Positions 50,595 through 64,000 of a DNA stretch of 64,000 bases are shown piece by piece; the stretch's first letter is position 1; each line of letters opens with the position of its first letter. Made by a program: the position numbers and the translations under genes. The stretch is from Eledone cirrhosa (taxonomy: Eukaryota). A model generated the notes under the pieces. That model did no database searches and was not told the DNA's origin. It was given only the letters and a program-made list of their open reading frames with translations. The stretch is from assembly GCA_964016885.1 (NCBI GenBank), contig OZ024749.1:39246001-39310000 (forward strand). The letters run 5' to 3'.

Positions 50595-51993
50595 CTGAAA
50601 ATGCAGAAGAAATAAAACAGAATATAAATTTGATCATAAAATATAATTACTAATTCAATTATAAATAACTGATAAAAGCTTACAAACACATACTTAAATG
50701 TATATATGTGTGTGTTGTATGTATATATATATCATCATTTCATTTTACGTCCGCTTTTTCCTGCTTGCAAGGGTGGGACGGGAACTGATTCTGGCTTGAT
50801 TTCTACAGCTGGATGCCCTTCCTAACACCAACCTCATTTACAGTGAGTGTTGGGTGCTTTTTTGCCGTGGCACCTCCACGACCATTTTGCAGTGGAATGT
50901 TTCTATTCATAAAAATATTATTGATGTTATCTCAGGCTCCATTGTATGATCTGGACAAAATGAATGGAAAAACTTCCATTCATCCTTCTAATGACATGAT
51001 GCAGGCTAACATTTTTCTGCCCAAATTATTCATAATCTCTATATATAAAACTGAGGATGTCTGTCTGTGTGTGTGTGTGTCTATGAGTTTGAATCCCTAA
51101 AACTCGAGAAGTACCAAACCAATCTTTTTCAAACTTTACATGTGTATTACTTATGTTTCAGGGAGTGTTATGCACATAAAAATTCAACTTTTTGATCCCC
51201 TAGGGCTGCATTAGGTGAAAAACTGCATTTTTTGAGGTTTTTAGTTGGATTTTCTTTGCTCATGAAAAAGAGACTGACTAATACATAGTTACAATTTCAA
51301 GGAAATCGGTCAGTCTCTTTTTCATGAGCAAAGAAAATCCAACTTTTTTATGGCTTAGGGCCCGCATTAGGTGAAAAACTTCATTTTTTCAGCTTTTTAG
51401 GGCTTTTTTTCCTGCTTCATCGAGGAAAATCTTAAAGATTATCCAGCCATCAGAGTATATTTTCTTTACATATTGTCCAGGCATGCAGTTTTTCCACGAT
51501 TAGGTCTGTTGGCAGCCCGCATTCCAAAATACCTTATCCCGTGCAACGCCGGGTACCACTGCTAGTAATCTTTAAAATTCTAGAGGAACATAATTTTGTA
51601 ACAATTTTAAAACTTAAAATGTTGGTTTAAATAAATGTTATATAAATGAAATATAATATAGCTCAGGATTTTTAAAAATGTTGCCTGAATAACAGGTAAC
51701 AATGTGTGGACACACTAGAAGAGGAAGACCAAGGTTAACATATGTTGATACCCTAAGGACAGACACTGGTGTCTTGGAGACGCAGGACATGGCAACAATA
51801 ATGAGGGACAGAGACCACTGGAGAGAACTCGTCCATTGATCTCGGGAATTTTACCCGCCCTAGATAGATAGATAGATGTGTGAGGGCTTGCATAGGAAAT
51901 TCTGATCAAAAGGTTCCCAAAGTGAAAGGGAAAACCATTTTATCTGCTATTGCTCGTCACTACTAAGTTATAAAATTGAATATATAAACTTAC

Positions 51994-52207
51994 AATATGT
52001 TTTTCCAGATTTTGGCGGTCCAATAATGCTGAGCTTGGCTGGAACTACACGTTTAGGAGATATATCTTTTAAATAATACAATGGATTTTTACTAAATTCA
52101 TCTCGTGCTTGGGTTGAACTGAAGAAGTAGATATACTGCCGATAAATACAAGCCACTCTTTTCTGATTATTTCCATAGTAAGGTGGAATACAACTGCCTT
52201 CTTTGAG
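51994..52207 (-). CDS. AK9: Adenylate kinase 9 exon (YHS-like segment and P-loop)
   Basis: IYRQYIYFFSS..RDEF.KNPL.Y..IIGPPKSGKT. Confidence 0.92.
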
Positions 52208-53425
52208 CTTAAAATTAAATTTAATAAAAATAAAAATAACTATTGGTAACAATATGATTAAGTACACCTTTTCAAATATTCTAAATAAATCTTCTAATTA
52301 CTATATATATAATACCGTCCAACCCATGCTAGCGTGGAAGATGGATGTTAAACGATGGTGATGATGATGATTATGATATCTCTTGCAGTAAAATATTGAT
52401 TTCAAATTTAAGCACAAGGCCAGAAAATTTGAGAAAAGGGCAAAGTTAATTAAATCAACCCTAGTACTGGATTGGTACTTTATTTTATCAACCTCAGAAG
52501 GATGAAAGATAAAGTTGATTTTGGCATGATTGGATCCCATAATGGAAAGAGCCAGAACAAATACAGCAATGGCATTTTACCCGATACTCAACTCCATTTG
52601 TAAATATTTAGAGTATTAATATGCATTTATGGTGAAGGCGTGTGGCTGAGTGGTTAGAGAATTGGATTCGCAATTGTGAGGTTCTGAGTTTGATTCCCAG
52701 ATTGGGTGATGCGTTATGTCCTTGAGCAAGACACTTTATTTCACGTTGCTCCTTCTACCTGGAGTTGCGACTGATAGATAGTATTAGCAATTGGAAAGAC
52801 TGATGGAAAGACCAATGGTCCGATTTGACGAGAGTCAATCAACTGTCGATATCCATTTATTGGAGGTTTACAATTTTGTATCAATCATCATTATACATAT
52901 GTTTTCCATGCTGGCATGGGTTAGGCAGATTGTTATGGTTTAATCATGTTTTGCTCATACTTTCCATTTTGGCATGGTTTCTATGGATGGATGCTATTCT
53001 TAATACCAATAACTTTACAGAGTGTATTGGGTGCATTTTATCATAGCACCAGTATTACCACTTTACAGAGTGTACTGGGTTTGTTTTATCATGACACCAG
53101 TACTACCACTTTACAGAATGTACTGGGTGCAGCTTATCATGGTATCATCACAGCCACTTTACAGAATGTATTGGGTGCATTTTATTATGGCACCAGTATT
53201 ACCACTTTACAGAGTTGTACTGGATACATTTTACCATGGCACCAGTACTACCACTTTACGGATTGTACTGGGTGCAGCTTATCATGGTATCATCACAGCC
53301 ACTTTACAGAATGTACAAAGTCACAACTAAATATCACAAAGCTTTGTGTTCAATGAGCAACTGATCCTGTCAACCCACTACTCAATGTATGAAGAAAATA
53401 GTTAACAAAAGATGGTGGTGCTTAC

Positions 53426-53644
53426 CTTGACAGGACACCAGTACCCTAAGGAACTCAACTGCTTATATCCAGACAGAAGAAGACGCTTTGCTGTTGGTTC
53501 ATTCAAAGGGTAGACTCTTTCAAATATACTTTCTCGAAATGAAACATAAGGTCTTAAGGATCGCATTAGAAGATAATTAAGTATATGTTGTCTCTGGTTG
53601 GCATCAATAATAATGAAAGGAATTAGGAATTCCTCTAAAGTCAG
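53426..53644 (-). CDS. AK9: Adenylate kinase 9 exon
   Basis: LTLEEFLIP..RESIFERVYP..A..LL..GYK.LSSLGYWCPVK; donor GTAAG. Confidence 0.9.
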
Positions 53645-53689
53645 CTGCAATCATATAGAAAATACTTCTATAGTAAAATAAATACTCAG

Positions 53690-54300
53690 CATATTTCTAA
53701 ACCTTTTAAACCTTTCATTACCATATTTCTAAAGAGACACACTACCTATGCCTTTAAGCCTTTCATTACCATATTTCTAAAGAGACACACTACCTATGCC
53801 TTTAAACCTTTCATTACCATATTTCTAATGAAAGACACTACCTATGTCTTTAAACCTTTCATTATCATATTTCTAAAGAGACACACTACCTATGCCTTTA
53901 AACCTTTCATTACCATATTTCTAATGAAAGACACTACCTATGCCTTTAAACCTTTCATTATCATATTTCTAATGAAAGACACTACCTATGCCTTTAAACC
54001 TTTCATTATCATATTTCTAATGAAAGACACTATCTATGTCTTTAAACCTTTCATTACCATATTTCTAATGAAAGACAGTGTCTGTCATTAACCCTTTCAT
54101 TACCATATTTCTAATGAAAGACACTATCTATGTCTTTAAACCTTTCATTACCATATTTCTAATGAAAGACAGTGTCTGTCATTAACCCTTTCATTACCAT
54201 ATTTCTAATGAAGGACACTGTCTATCTCATTAACCCTTTCATTATCATATTTCTAATAAAAGACACTACCTATGTCATTAACCCTTTCATTGCCATATTT
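53690..54300. repeat. ~48-bp minisatellite (aaacctttcattaccatatttctaatgaaagacactacctatgccttt)
   Basis: About 13 copies. Confidence 0.88.
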
Positions 54301-55557
54301 CTCAATCACATGCCACAAGGGACAATTGAAATTCCCTCTAATAATTTTTCCCCGCAATCCAATATACTCACAATATTGCTCTGGAATATTCAAGTACTTT
54401 CATGGGCATCACTTGATACATTGGTAAGGTAAGCCACCAACAATGATAAGAACGTCATCGGCAGTGGCCAGAGTCCCCCCCCCCCACACACACACACACA
54501 AATGTCTCAAGCACCACAGGCTGACAATGCTTTCCACCACCCACCCCCAGGTCTTGAACAACATAGACTGACCAGTCTCCCCACACACCAATGTCTCGAA
54601 TGTCACAAGCTTAACAGTGGCCCAGCTGCCCTCTTTTCAAATGTCTCAAACACTACAGACTGACAATAGTCCAGCCCCCACAAATGTCTGAAATAAGTAG
54701 TTTGCTGGTAATTCCTGGTATTTTAGAATCTTGTTCTGTTCTTTTGATTTGTAAGTTAAGAATTATAGATGAGTCAAAAATATTTCCTTATAGACTGTAA
54801 ATGCATTAGATTTCTTTGTGTAATATTTTTTAATGTAAAGAGAACTTTTCTACAAATAATGTCACCCCTACTTTCAGTGTCATTTGCTATGATTCAAAAT
54901 TATCAATATTTCAAAAACTGATCTTACATGAACAATCTAAAATCGTATTTAGATTTAGAGAGAAAGTATAATTTTAACCCTTTAGCATTTACATTATATA
55001 CACTATTGTATTTTGTGTTAAAGGCTTTCTTTACCTTACATAATTATCTCATATAATATCGAATATATGAGATTTTGATGTTATTTATTTTGAGAACAAT
55101 ATCTTAACGTCAGTATGAGTGGCTAGTTATGGCCAGTTTGAACAGAAAGAGGTGAGAAAATTCTGGCTGGATACAGCCAGTTTGAATGCTAAAGTGTTAA
55201 CCAAAAAGAACCAGCCCCTACAAATTAAGTTGATAGTTCTCAAATTGGACAAATATAAAAAAGAATCAAAGTCATATATGAACCACTATAAAAAGAACAA
55301 TTCGTTTTTGTATTTGCTTTGTAAGATTTCTTATCTGAACTGAAAATGTATGTTGAAACCGATATTGTTATACTTTAGGAATGTCATGCTGCCAATAAAA
55401 GCAAAAAGAATCCAAGTCACAGGTGGACAACTATAAAAAAAAAAATCAGTCATATATTAAAGAGGAGCATGCAAAAGAAAGAATGGAAGAGAGAAAAGGA
55501 AAGAAAGAAAGAAAGAAAGAAAGGAAACAAAAAATGCAAAAGTAATATTTAACTGAC

Positions 55558-55671
55558 CCGAATTCTTTCTATTTCTGTATATTCTACCTCATATAAAATT
55601 GAAATATCTCTTGTGAATCTAGCGGTGGCTTCTTCTTCAGTTTCACGATCCACTGCTTCTTCTTCAATCAT
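55558..55671 (-). CDS. AK9: Adenylate kinase 9 exon (acidic coiled coil)
   Basis: MIEEEAVDRETEEEATARFTRDISILYEVEYTEIERIR; phase 0/0. Confidence 0.8.
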
Positions 55672-56518
55672 CTACAAAACAGCAACTTATATCTAAGTCA
55701 ATGATTTATGCAGTGGTTAAATCAAAAGGAAAAACTATTAAGAAACTATTAGGAAATTACACCTTTCAGTGAATCAAATAGGCAGAGTGGTTAGAACGTC
55801 AGGTAGAAGGCTTTGTTATATTTGTTCTAGCTCTCAGCTCTCCTATGTCTCGTATATAGCTTGACAACTTGTAGAGAATAAATTACCCAGAAAATTATTT
55901 AAAAGATATAATTGTTTCTACTTTAGGCACAAGGCCAGCAATTATCCAGTACATTACTGGTACTTTATTTTATCGACCTCGTAAGGATGAAAGGCAAAGT
56001 CAACCTAGGCGGGATTTGAACTCAGATGGTAAAGGGAGGTAACTATGCTGGAAAGCATAGCGTCCGACTCTCTACCGATACTGCCAATCCACCATTAAAA
56101 CCATTTAAATCCACCATTTAAAAGATATAATGAATGATGATGAGTGGCAGTGGTGAGTGGTGATGATGAGTGATGGTGAGTGGTGATGAGTGATGAGTGA
56201 AAGTGAGTGGTGATGAATGATGGTGAGTGATGGTGAGTGATGGTGAGTGATGGTGAGTGATGGTGAGTGATTGTGACTGATGGTGAGTGGTAATGGGAGG
56301 TGGTGAGTGATGGCAGTTAGTGACGGTGAGTGGTGGTGGTGGTGGTGGTGAGTGATGGCAAGTTAGTGGTGGTAAGTGGTAACAGGTGGTGGTGAGTGAT
56401 AGCAGTTAGTGGTGGTGAATGATGGTGAGTGGTGGTGGTGAATGATAAGCACTGGCCTAATGAGTCTCCAGGCTTAGGAACAATAATAACAATAGTTGAA
56501 TACATAAATAATACTTAC

Positions 56519-56584
56519 TGGAAATTCATCCGAAAGTAAAATTTCAATGTCTGCTTCTTCCTCGGCTTCTTCCTCTTTTAGGTC
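56519..56584 (-). CDS. AK9: Adenylate kinase 9 small exon
   Basis: DLKEEEAEEEADIEILLSDEFP; AG acceptor, GTAAGT donor. Confidence 0.75.
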
Positions 56585-56842
56585 CTTTAAATAAAATGTT
56601 AAATAGTCTCTTTATTCCAAGAAGTAAAGGTTGACTTAATTTTTATAACTGCTTCTGGTTCTAAATAAGAAAACCACCTCTGGTTCAATGGAGGAGGAGA
56701 AGGAGGAGGAGGAGGAGGAAGAGAGGGGGGGGGAGAAGAAGAAGAAGAAGAAGAAGAAGAAGAAGAAGAAGAAGAAGAAGAAGAAGAAGGAGGAGGAGGA
56801 GGAGGAGGATAATAATAATTTAATAAGTAATCATGCAAATAC

Positions 56843-56911
56843 TTCTGACATTCTTCTTTTTTCTTCCAATTTACTCATTAATTCATTGCGTCTCTTCTCC
56901 AAATTTTGCTC
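56843..56911 (-). CDS. AK9: Adenylate kinase 9 small exon
   Basis: EQNLEKRRNELMSKLEEKRRMSE; phase 0/0; weaker donor GTATTT. Confidence 0.65.
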
Positions 56912-58245
56912 CTGGATTCACAGAACAGATAAAGTAAAATATTTCAAATATAAATTCTTGAAAGATTACAGTTGAATATTTGTACAAGGAAATAAAAACA
57001 TTAAACTGGATTATAATTCAATGTTTTGCGGGTACTTTAAATCTGTTTTGAACCCTGAGGCTCATCAGGACAGTGCTTAACCTGGTTTCCATGGCGTTGA
57101 AGCGACTGAGAGTACAAGACCCCTCCCCTGCTGGACAAGATGCCAGTCCATCGCAGAGTTAAATCCCTAGCTATTGCTGGTACTCATTTTCGGCTGAGTA
57201 TACGGGAGCAATGTGAAATGAAGTGAAAACATTTGCTCAAGAACACAACACATAACCCAGTCCAGGAATCCAACCCACAACATTATGATCATAAGTCCAA
57301 TACCCTTACCATTAGGCCATGCACCTCCACTGTATAATCAACACACCGCAATATAAGGTGAATACATAGAAAGGTAAGACATTAATGACAGACACTGACT
57401 ATGGGTTTGTTCGTCAGTAAGTCATTGTAATGCAAAGACGCATCAATATTTTGTCAAAATTTATTGCTTAAATGTGAAGCAAATTGGCAGAGTCATTAGA
57501 ACGTCAGATAGCGAGTCAGATTGTTCCAGTTCACTGAGCTTTTGAGTCCAAATCCTGCTAAGGTCAACTTTGCCTTTCATCTGTTTGAGATCAATAAAAA
57601 CAGTACCAGTCAAGTACTGATTTCGATTATTCCTCTCTATCTCTTTATTACCCTCCCCCACTCTCTCTCTCTCTTCTTCTCTGGAAGAAATTGGCTTTGT
57701 GTTCTGCTTTGCTTCAAGAAAATTGGGCTGTAATAGTGCTATTGTTTTAATAACATTGATGGACAGGCTCATCACCAAGTGTGTGTGGGGGGCACTGGCT
57801 AGTACCACCCTCGTATTTTCTATGGTACACTGTCAGATTTAAAAAGTAAAGTTTATAAAAAAAATGTCCTGAAATATGTTCAACTTTAATGACTCTTCTT
57901 CTCAAAACAAGAACAACGAACAAACATAAAATTCTAAAACAAACAAAAAAGTTAACCAAAGAAGCTGCTCAAAACATTCTCCTCTGTGTGTCCTCCATAG
58001 CTCCCTAGGGTATTACAGTGACCACCCAGAATGTTCTGAAATACCCCTATATCTTCCCTGCTTCCTATGGTATTACAGTAACCATCCAGAATATTCTGAA
58101 GTACTCCTGAACAACAAAGCTTGGCAACGGGCCTGATGATGCAGGAATTTAAAGTAACAAAAGATTGCTGCCTCATTTTAAAATGAGCAGTTTTGTATCA
58201 TAGATTCGTGGGTGGTATTATCAAAAGAGTTAAATATTTACTTAC

Positions 58246-58465
58246 TCTTTCTAACTTAGCATGTTCATATTTCTTCTTAACTTTTTCAAGCTTTGTATTC
58301 AGTTTTGTTTGCCAGGCTTTTACTTTGGATGGCAATAATCTGGATATAAGGTCCTCTATATCAATGTTTAGGATTATAACAACTTCAGGTAAACATCCGC
58401 TACTTGCCATTGAAGGAACATCATCTATGACAGATGGATAACTTTCTAATATAAATCCTGTTGAT
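58246..58465 (-). CDS. AK9: Adenylate kinase 9 exon
   Basis: RSTGFILESYP..G.LPE..I.L.ID.ED.I.RLLP.KV..W..K; matches the AK9 middle domain. Confidence 0.9.
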
Positions 58466-58888
58466 CTAGAATTTAAAGAATAGCATACGTAACACTTTAG
58501 AATTGTTTCCACCAGCATTTATACAAAATTTTAACAAAATATTTCTTTTTTAATTGAACTTTGAAAATAAACATATTCTGCTCTAATTCTGCTACATTGT
58601 AAGCAACGTTTAAAACTAATTTTTATACCATGTTTATTTTGATATAATATATATTTTGATTGATTAAAATATCAGACAGGATTAGCGAGTACTTTGAAGA
58701 TATAATCACAAAAACCTGGTATGGACATCGTCTATGTCTAGTCACTGAATTTGAAGAAGAAAATATATTATGAAAACTTTTCACCATACAACAACTAGAC
58801 AAATAAAACAGATTGGCAGGGAGGGACTGTAAAAAATAAAGCAAAGACATGCTTACTAATAGATATATAAATATTTCCTCAGATAATA

Positions 58889-61632
58889 AAGTTGCTATAG
58901 AATGTCTAGACATACCTGCATGGTTCCTCATACCACCAAGAATATATAGAATGTCTAGACACATCTGTACAGTTCTTGAACCACCAAGAATAAATAGAAT
59001 GTCTAGACTCACCTGTACAGTTCACGAACCACCAAGAATAAATAGAATGTTTAGACACACCTGTACAGTTCTTGAACCACCAAGAATAAATAGAATGTCT
59101 AAACATACCTGTATGGTTCCTTGTACCACCAACTTGCTATAGAATGTCTAGACTCACCTGTACAGTTCCTCATACCACCAACTTGCTATAGAATGTCTAG
59201 ACATACCTGTACAGTTCCTCGTACCACCAACTTGCTATAGAATGTCTAAACATACCTGTATGGTTCCTCGTACCACCAACTTGCTATAGAATGTCTAAAC
59301 ATACCTGTACAGTTCCTCGTACCACCAACTTGCTATAGAATGTCTAAACATACCTGTACAGTTCCTCGTACCACCAACTTGCTATAGAATGTCTAAACAT
59401 ACCTGTACAGTTCCTCGTACCACCAACTTGCTATAGAATGTCTAAACGTACCTGTATGGTTTCTCGTACCACCAACTTGCTATAGAATGTCTAGACATAC
59501 CTGTACAGTTCCTCGTACCACCAACTTGCTATAGAATGTCTAAACATACCTGTACAGTTCCTCATACCACCAACTTGCTATAGAATGTCTAAACGTACCT
59601 GTATGGTTCCTCGTACCACCAACTTGCTATAGAATGTCTAAACATACCTGTACAGTTCCTCGTACCACCAACTTGCTATAGAATGTCTAAACGTACCTGT
59701 ATGGTTCCTCGTACCACCAACTTGCTATAGAATGTCTAAACATACCTGTACAGTTCCTCGTACCACCAACTTGCTATAGAATGTCTAAACATACCTGTAC
59801 AGTTCCTCGTACCACCAACTTGCTATAGAATGTCTAAACATACCTGTACAGTTCCTCGTACCACCAACTTGCTATAGAATGTCTAAACATACCTGTATGG
59901 TTCCTTGTACCACCAACTTGCTATAGAATGTCTAAACATACCTGTACAGTTCCTCGTACCACCAACTTGCTATAGAATGTCTAAACATACCTGTACAGTT
60001 CCTCGTACCACTAACTTGCTATAGAATGTCTAAACATACCTGTACAGTTCCTCGTACCACCAACTTGCTATAGAATGTCTAAACATACCTGTACAGTTCC
60101 TCGTACCACCAACTTGCTATAGAATGTCTAAACATACCTGTACAGTTCCTCGTACCACCAACTTGCTATAGAATGTCTAAACATACCTGTACAGTTCCTC
60201 ATACCACCAACTTGCTATAGAATGTCTAAACGTACCTGTATGGTTCCTCATACCACCAACTTGCTATAGAATGTCTAAACATACCTGTATGGTTCCTCGT
60301 ACCACCAACTTGCTATAGAATGTCTAGACTCACCTGTACAGTTCCTCATACCACCAACTTGCTATAGAATGTCTAAACATACCTGTACAGTTCCTCGTAC
60401 CACCAACTTGCTATAGAATGTCTAAACATACCTGTATGGTTCCTCATACCACCAACTTGCTATAGAATGTCTAGACGTACCTGTACAGTTCCTCGTACCA
60501 CCAACTTGCTATAGAATGTCTAAACGTACCTGTATGGTTCCTCATACCACCAACTTGCTATAGAATGTCTAAACGTACCTGTACAGTTCCTCGTACCACC
60601 AACTTGCTATAGAATGTCTAAACATACCTGTATGGTTCCTCATACCACCAACTTGCTATAGAATGTCTAGACGTACCTGTACAGTTCCTCGTACCACCAA
60701 CTTGCTATAGAATGTCTAAACGTACCTGTATGGTTCCTCATACCACCAACTTGCTATAGAATGTCTAAACGTACCTGTACAGTTCCTCATACCACCAACT
60801 TGCTATAGAATGTCTAAACGTACCTGTACAGTTCCTCGTACCACCAACTTGCTATAGAATGTCTAGACTCACCTGTATGGTTCCTCATACCACCAACTTG
60901 CTATAGAATGTCTAAACGTACCTGTATGGTTCCTCGTACCACCAACTTGCTATAGAATGTCTAGACTCACCTGTATGGTTCCTCATACCACCGACTTGCT
61001 ATAGAATGTTTAAACATACCTGTACAGTTCCTCGTACCACCAACTTGCTATAGAATGTCTAAATGTACCTGTATGGTTCCTCATACCACCAACTTGCTAT
61101 AGAATGTCTAAACGTACCTGTACAGTTCCTCGTACCACCAACTTGCTATAGAATGTCTAAACGTACCTGTATGGTTCCTCATACCACCAACTTGCTATAG
61201 AATGTCTAAACGTACCTGTACAGTTCCTCGTACCACCAACTTGCTATAGAATGTCTATACTCACCTGTATGGTTCCTCATACCACCAACTTGCTATAGAA
61301 TGTCTAAACGTACCTGTATGGTTCCTTGTACCACCAACTTGCTATAGAATGTCTAGACTCACCTGTATGGTTCCTCATACCACCAACTTGCTATAGAATG
61401 TCTAGACTCACCTGTACAGTTCCTCATACCACCAACTTGCTATAGAATGTCTAGACTCACCTGTATGGTTCCTCATACCACCAACTTGCTATAGAATGTC
61501 TAGACTCACCTGTACAGTTCCTCATACCACCAACTTGCTATAGAATGTCTAGACTCACCTGTACAGTTCCTCATACCACCAACTTGCTATAGAATGTCTA
61601 GACTCACCTGTATGGTTCCTCATACCACCAAG
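58889..61632. repeat. 49-bp tandem array (~55 copies) made of the AK9 exon 3' end and 5' splice site
   Basis: Minus-strand unit: ttggtggtatgaggaaccatacag|GT(GA/AT/AC)GT.tagacattctatagcaag. Confidence 0.92.
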
Positions 61633-61741
61633 TTGATAAAATTGAAGTCAATAGTTCAGTAGATAAATTGTTATTAGATTCAAGATGGTTTTTAATCATT
61701 TCTTCTTCTTCTGTTAGTTCCTCCCCTTCATTGACGGGCTC
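61608..61741 (-). CDS. AK9: Adenylate kinase 9 exon
   Basis: EPVNEGEELTEEEEMIKNHLE..ILSTWWYEEPY(R), joining STGFIL in phase 2. Confidence 0.88.
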
Positions 61742-61759
61742 CTATAAAATCAGATAGTC

Positions 61760-62200
61760 AGTGTTATATTGATATCATACTGTGTTATATTGATATCATA
61801 CTGTGTTATATTGATATCATACTGTGTTATATTGATATCATATTGTGTTATATTAATATCATACTGTGTTATATTGATATCATACTGTGTTATATTGATA
61901 TCGTACTGTGTTATATTGATATCATATTGTGTTATATTGATATTATACTGTGTTATATTGATATCATACTGTGTTATATTGATATCGTACTGTGTTATAT
62001 TGATATCATACTGTGTTATATTGATATCATACTGTGTTATATTGATATCATATTGTGTTATATTGATATCATACTGTGTTATATTGATATCATACTGTGT
62101 TATATTGATATCATACTGTGTTATATTGATATCATATTGTGTTATATTGATATCATACTGTGTTATATTGATATCATACTGTGTTATATTGATATCGTAC
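61760..62200. repeat. 21-bp minisatellite (ctgtgttatattgatatcata), ~21 copies
   Basis: Seen directly; source of the (QYDINIT)n ORF. Confidence 0.92.
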
Positions 62201-62767
62201 TGGGTCATATTGTCAAAATACTGTGTTATATTTACATTTAATATAAAGGCACATGGCTGAGTGGTTAGAGAATTCGATTTGCAATCATGATGTTGTGAGT
62301 TTGATTCCTGGACTGGGTGATGCCTTATGTCCTTGAGCAAGACACTTTATTTCATGTTGCTCCTTCTTGCCTGGATTTGTGACCAGTAGATAGTATTAGC
62401 AATTGTAAAGACCAGTGGAAACATTGTTTCTTCCGTCCAATTTGACAAGCCCCACCCCACTCATTAAGCAAGTGAGGTCTGGGATCTTGTCGATCGACTC
62501 TCGATATTGACATTATATTATACTGGGATGAAAATCACCAAGTCCACCCTGTAATGTGGTTGCACAAAAGGAACCAAAAATAGAACATACAAGAGCATGA
62601 TGTGATCATCTCACCTGTCTAGCCTCAATACATGACAACCTGTCTAACCCATGCAAGCATGGAAAATAGATGTTATATGATGATGATGATAAATACAATT
62701 ATTTCAAATTTATCTTTTATGGTAGATAATTCATTTATGAAAACTATATAGTAGTAAGTATACTTAC

Positions 62768-62816
62768 TGGAAGATCTGAAGAGATGTTGACTTTGCTTTC
62801 TGTGTCATCTTCAGAT
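62768..62816 (-). CDS. AK9: Probable AK9 micro-exon (most 5' exon in the window)
   Basis: ttcag|a SEDDTESKVNISSDLP|gtaagt; ends in phase 0, matching the next exon. Confidence 0.6.
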
Positions 62817-64000
62817 CTGAATAAATATGATGTGTTATCAGATGGTAATAGATGCTATTATATGTGATAATAGATTATGTTATATATGATATTCAATGAT
62901 ATTATATATGATATATTGTATTATAGATGATAATAGATGATATATATGATAACAAATATTATTATATATGATAATTCATGATATTATATGATAATAGATG
63001 ATATATATAATTGTTTCTACGTTAGGCACAAGGCCAGCAAATACCCAGTACATTACTGGTACTTTATTTTATCGACCCCGTAAGGATGAAAGGCAAAGTT
63101 AACCTTGGCGGGATTTGAACTCAGAAAGGCAAGGGTCGTAACTCCATACGTCAAAGCATGGCGTCCGACCCTCTACCAATACTGCCAATCCACCGCCCTG
63201 ATAATAGATGATATATATAATGACGGATGATATTATATATGATAATAGATGTTATATATGATAATTGATGATATCATATATGATATTCAATGATATCATA
63301 TATGATAATTGATGAAATTATATATGATATTTAATGATATTTTTGACGCATAGAGTTATGGCCCTTGCCATTCTGAATTCAAATCCCGCCGAGGTTAACT
63401 TTGCCTTTCATCCTTACTGGGTCGATAAAATAAAGTACCAGTAATGCACTGGGTAATTGGCGGCCTTGTGCCAAAAGTAAAACAATTATATATGATAATA
63501 GATTGTATTATATATGATAATAGATGATATATATGATAATAGCGGTTATTATAGATGATAATAAATGGTATTATATTTGGTAATAGACGATTTTATATAT
63601 GACTAGCAGAATGGCCCGGCGTTGCTTGGGATTCTAAACATAGATTGGCATGTTTATCCCTCCTTTCTGAAACAGTACAGAGAAGTACGGAATACCTAGG
63701 CCTGGGGATGGTGTCTACATTTTGTGCTTATAAAAAAAACTCGTCGTAGATTACCAGGGGTTTAACTTAATTAGGTGCCTGAGAGTAAAATGTTCAACCC
63801 ACGAAAGCCAAGATGATAGGGTTAAGCAAAAAGGCATTCAACAAACCGAACATGTATTTGTTGTGGTATGGTACAATGAAAGCAATAGGTACAGAGCAGT
63901 AAGCATGTGGGACTGCAGTGGTGGGGAGCATGGAGGAATTTAGTTGGATACTTTTACAGGCCCTAATGCAACCAAAATGCTAAACAATGCGGTCCCCGGG

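Noticed and set aside
56599-56838. Ser/Pro-rich extension of AK9
   Set aside because: (GAA)n/(GGA)n microsatellite in a short intron; the flanking exons join in phase without it.
57050-57100. Possible hammerhead (CTGATGA on the minus strand)
   Set aside because: No correctly placed GAAA, helix III or stem I; it is part of a SINE tail.
61750-62340. (QYDINIT)n and (ILISYCV)n ORFs
   Set aside because: 21-bp intronic minisatellite plus a SINE head.

Overview
AT-rich, repeat-dense eukaryotic DNA. The SINE/RTE content and (TA)n/(ATG)n/(ACC)n microsatellites suggest a mollusc, probably an octopus/coleoid (inference). Three spliced genes can be rebuilt with GT-AG junctions and consistent phases. 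(1) A secreted AA15-type lytic polysaccharide monooxygenase (+, 9124-17153, 3 coding exons, ~302 aa) with a His brace and a 6-Cys C-terminal module. (2) An ENPP4/5-like ectonucleotide pyrophosphatase/phosphodiesterase (+, 31451-41404, 4 exons, ~482 aa). (3) The 3' 15 exons of adenylate kinase 9 (-, 43879-62816, continuing beyond the window). The rest is RTE LINEs, two tRNA-derived SINE families, remnants of Gypsy gag, CRE-like, Vingi-like and mariner elements, several MITE types and many minisatellites. The strongest unexplained signal is a set of at least five sequence-divergent minimal type I hammerhead ribozyme motifs. They lie beside (TA)n tracts, three of them as mirror-image pairs in long inverted repeats (up to ~1.2 kb), and resemble Penelope-like retroelement termini. 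A 49-bp array of ~55 copies multiplies an AK9 exon end and its splice donor. Coordinates were counted by hand, so exon boundaries may be off by a base or two and repeat boundaries are approximate.
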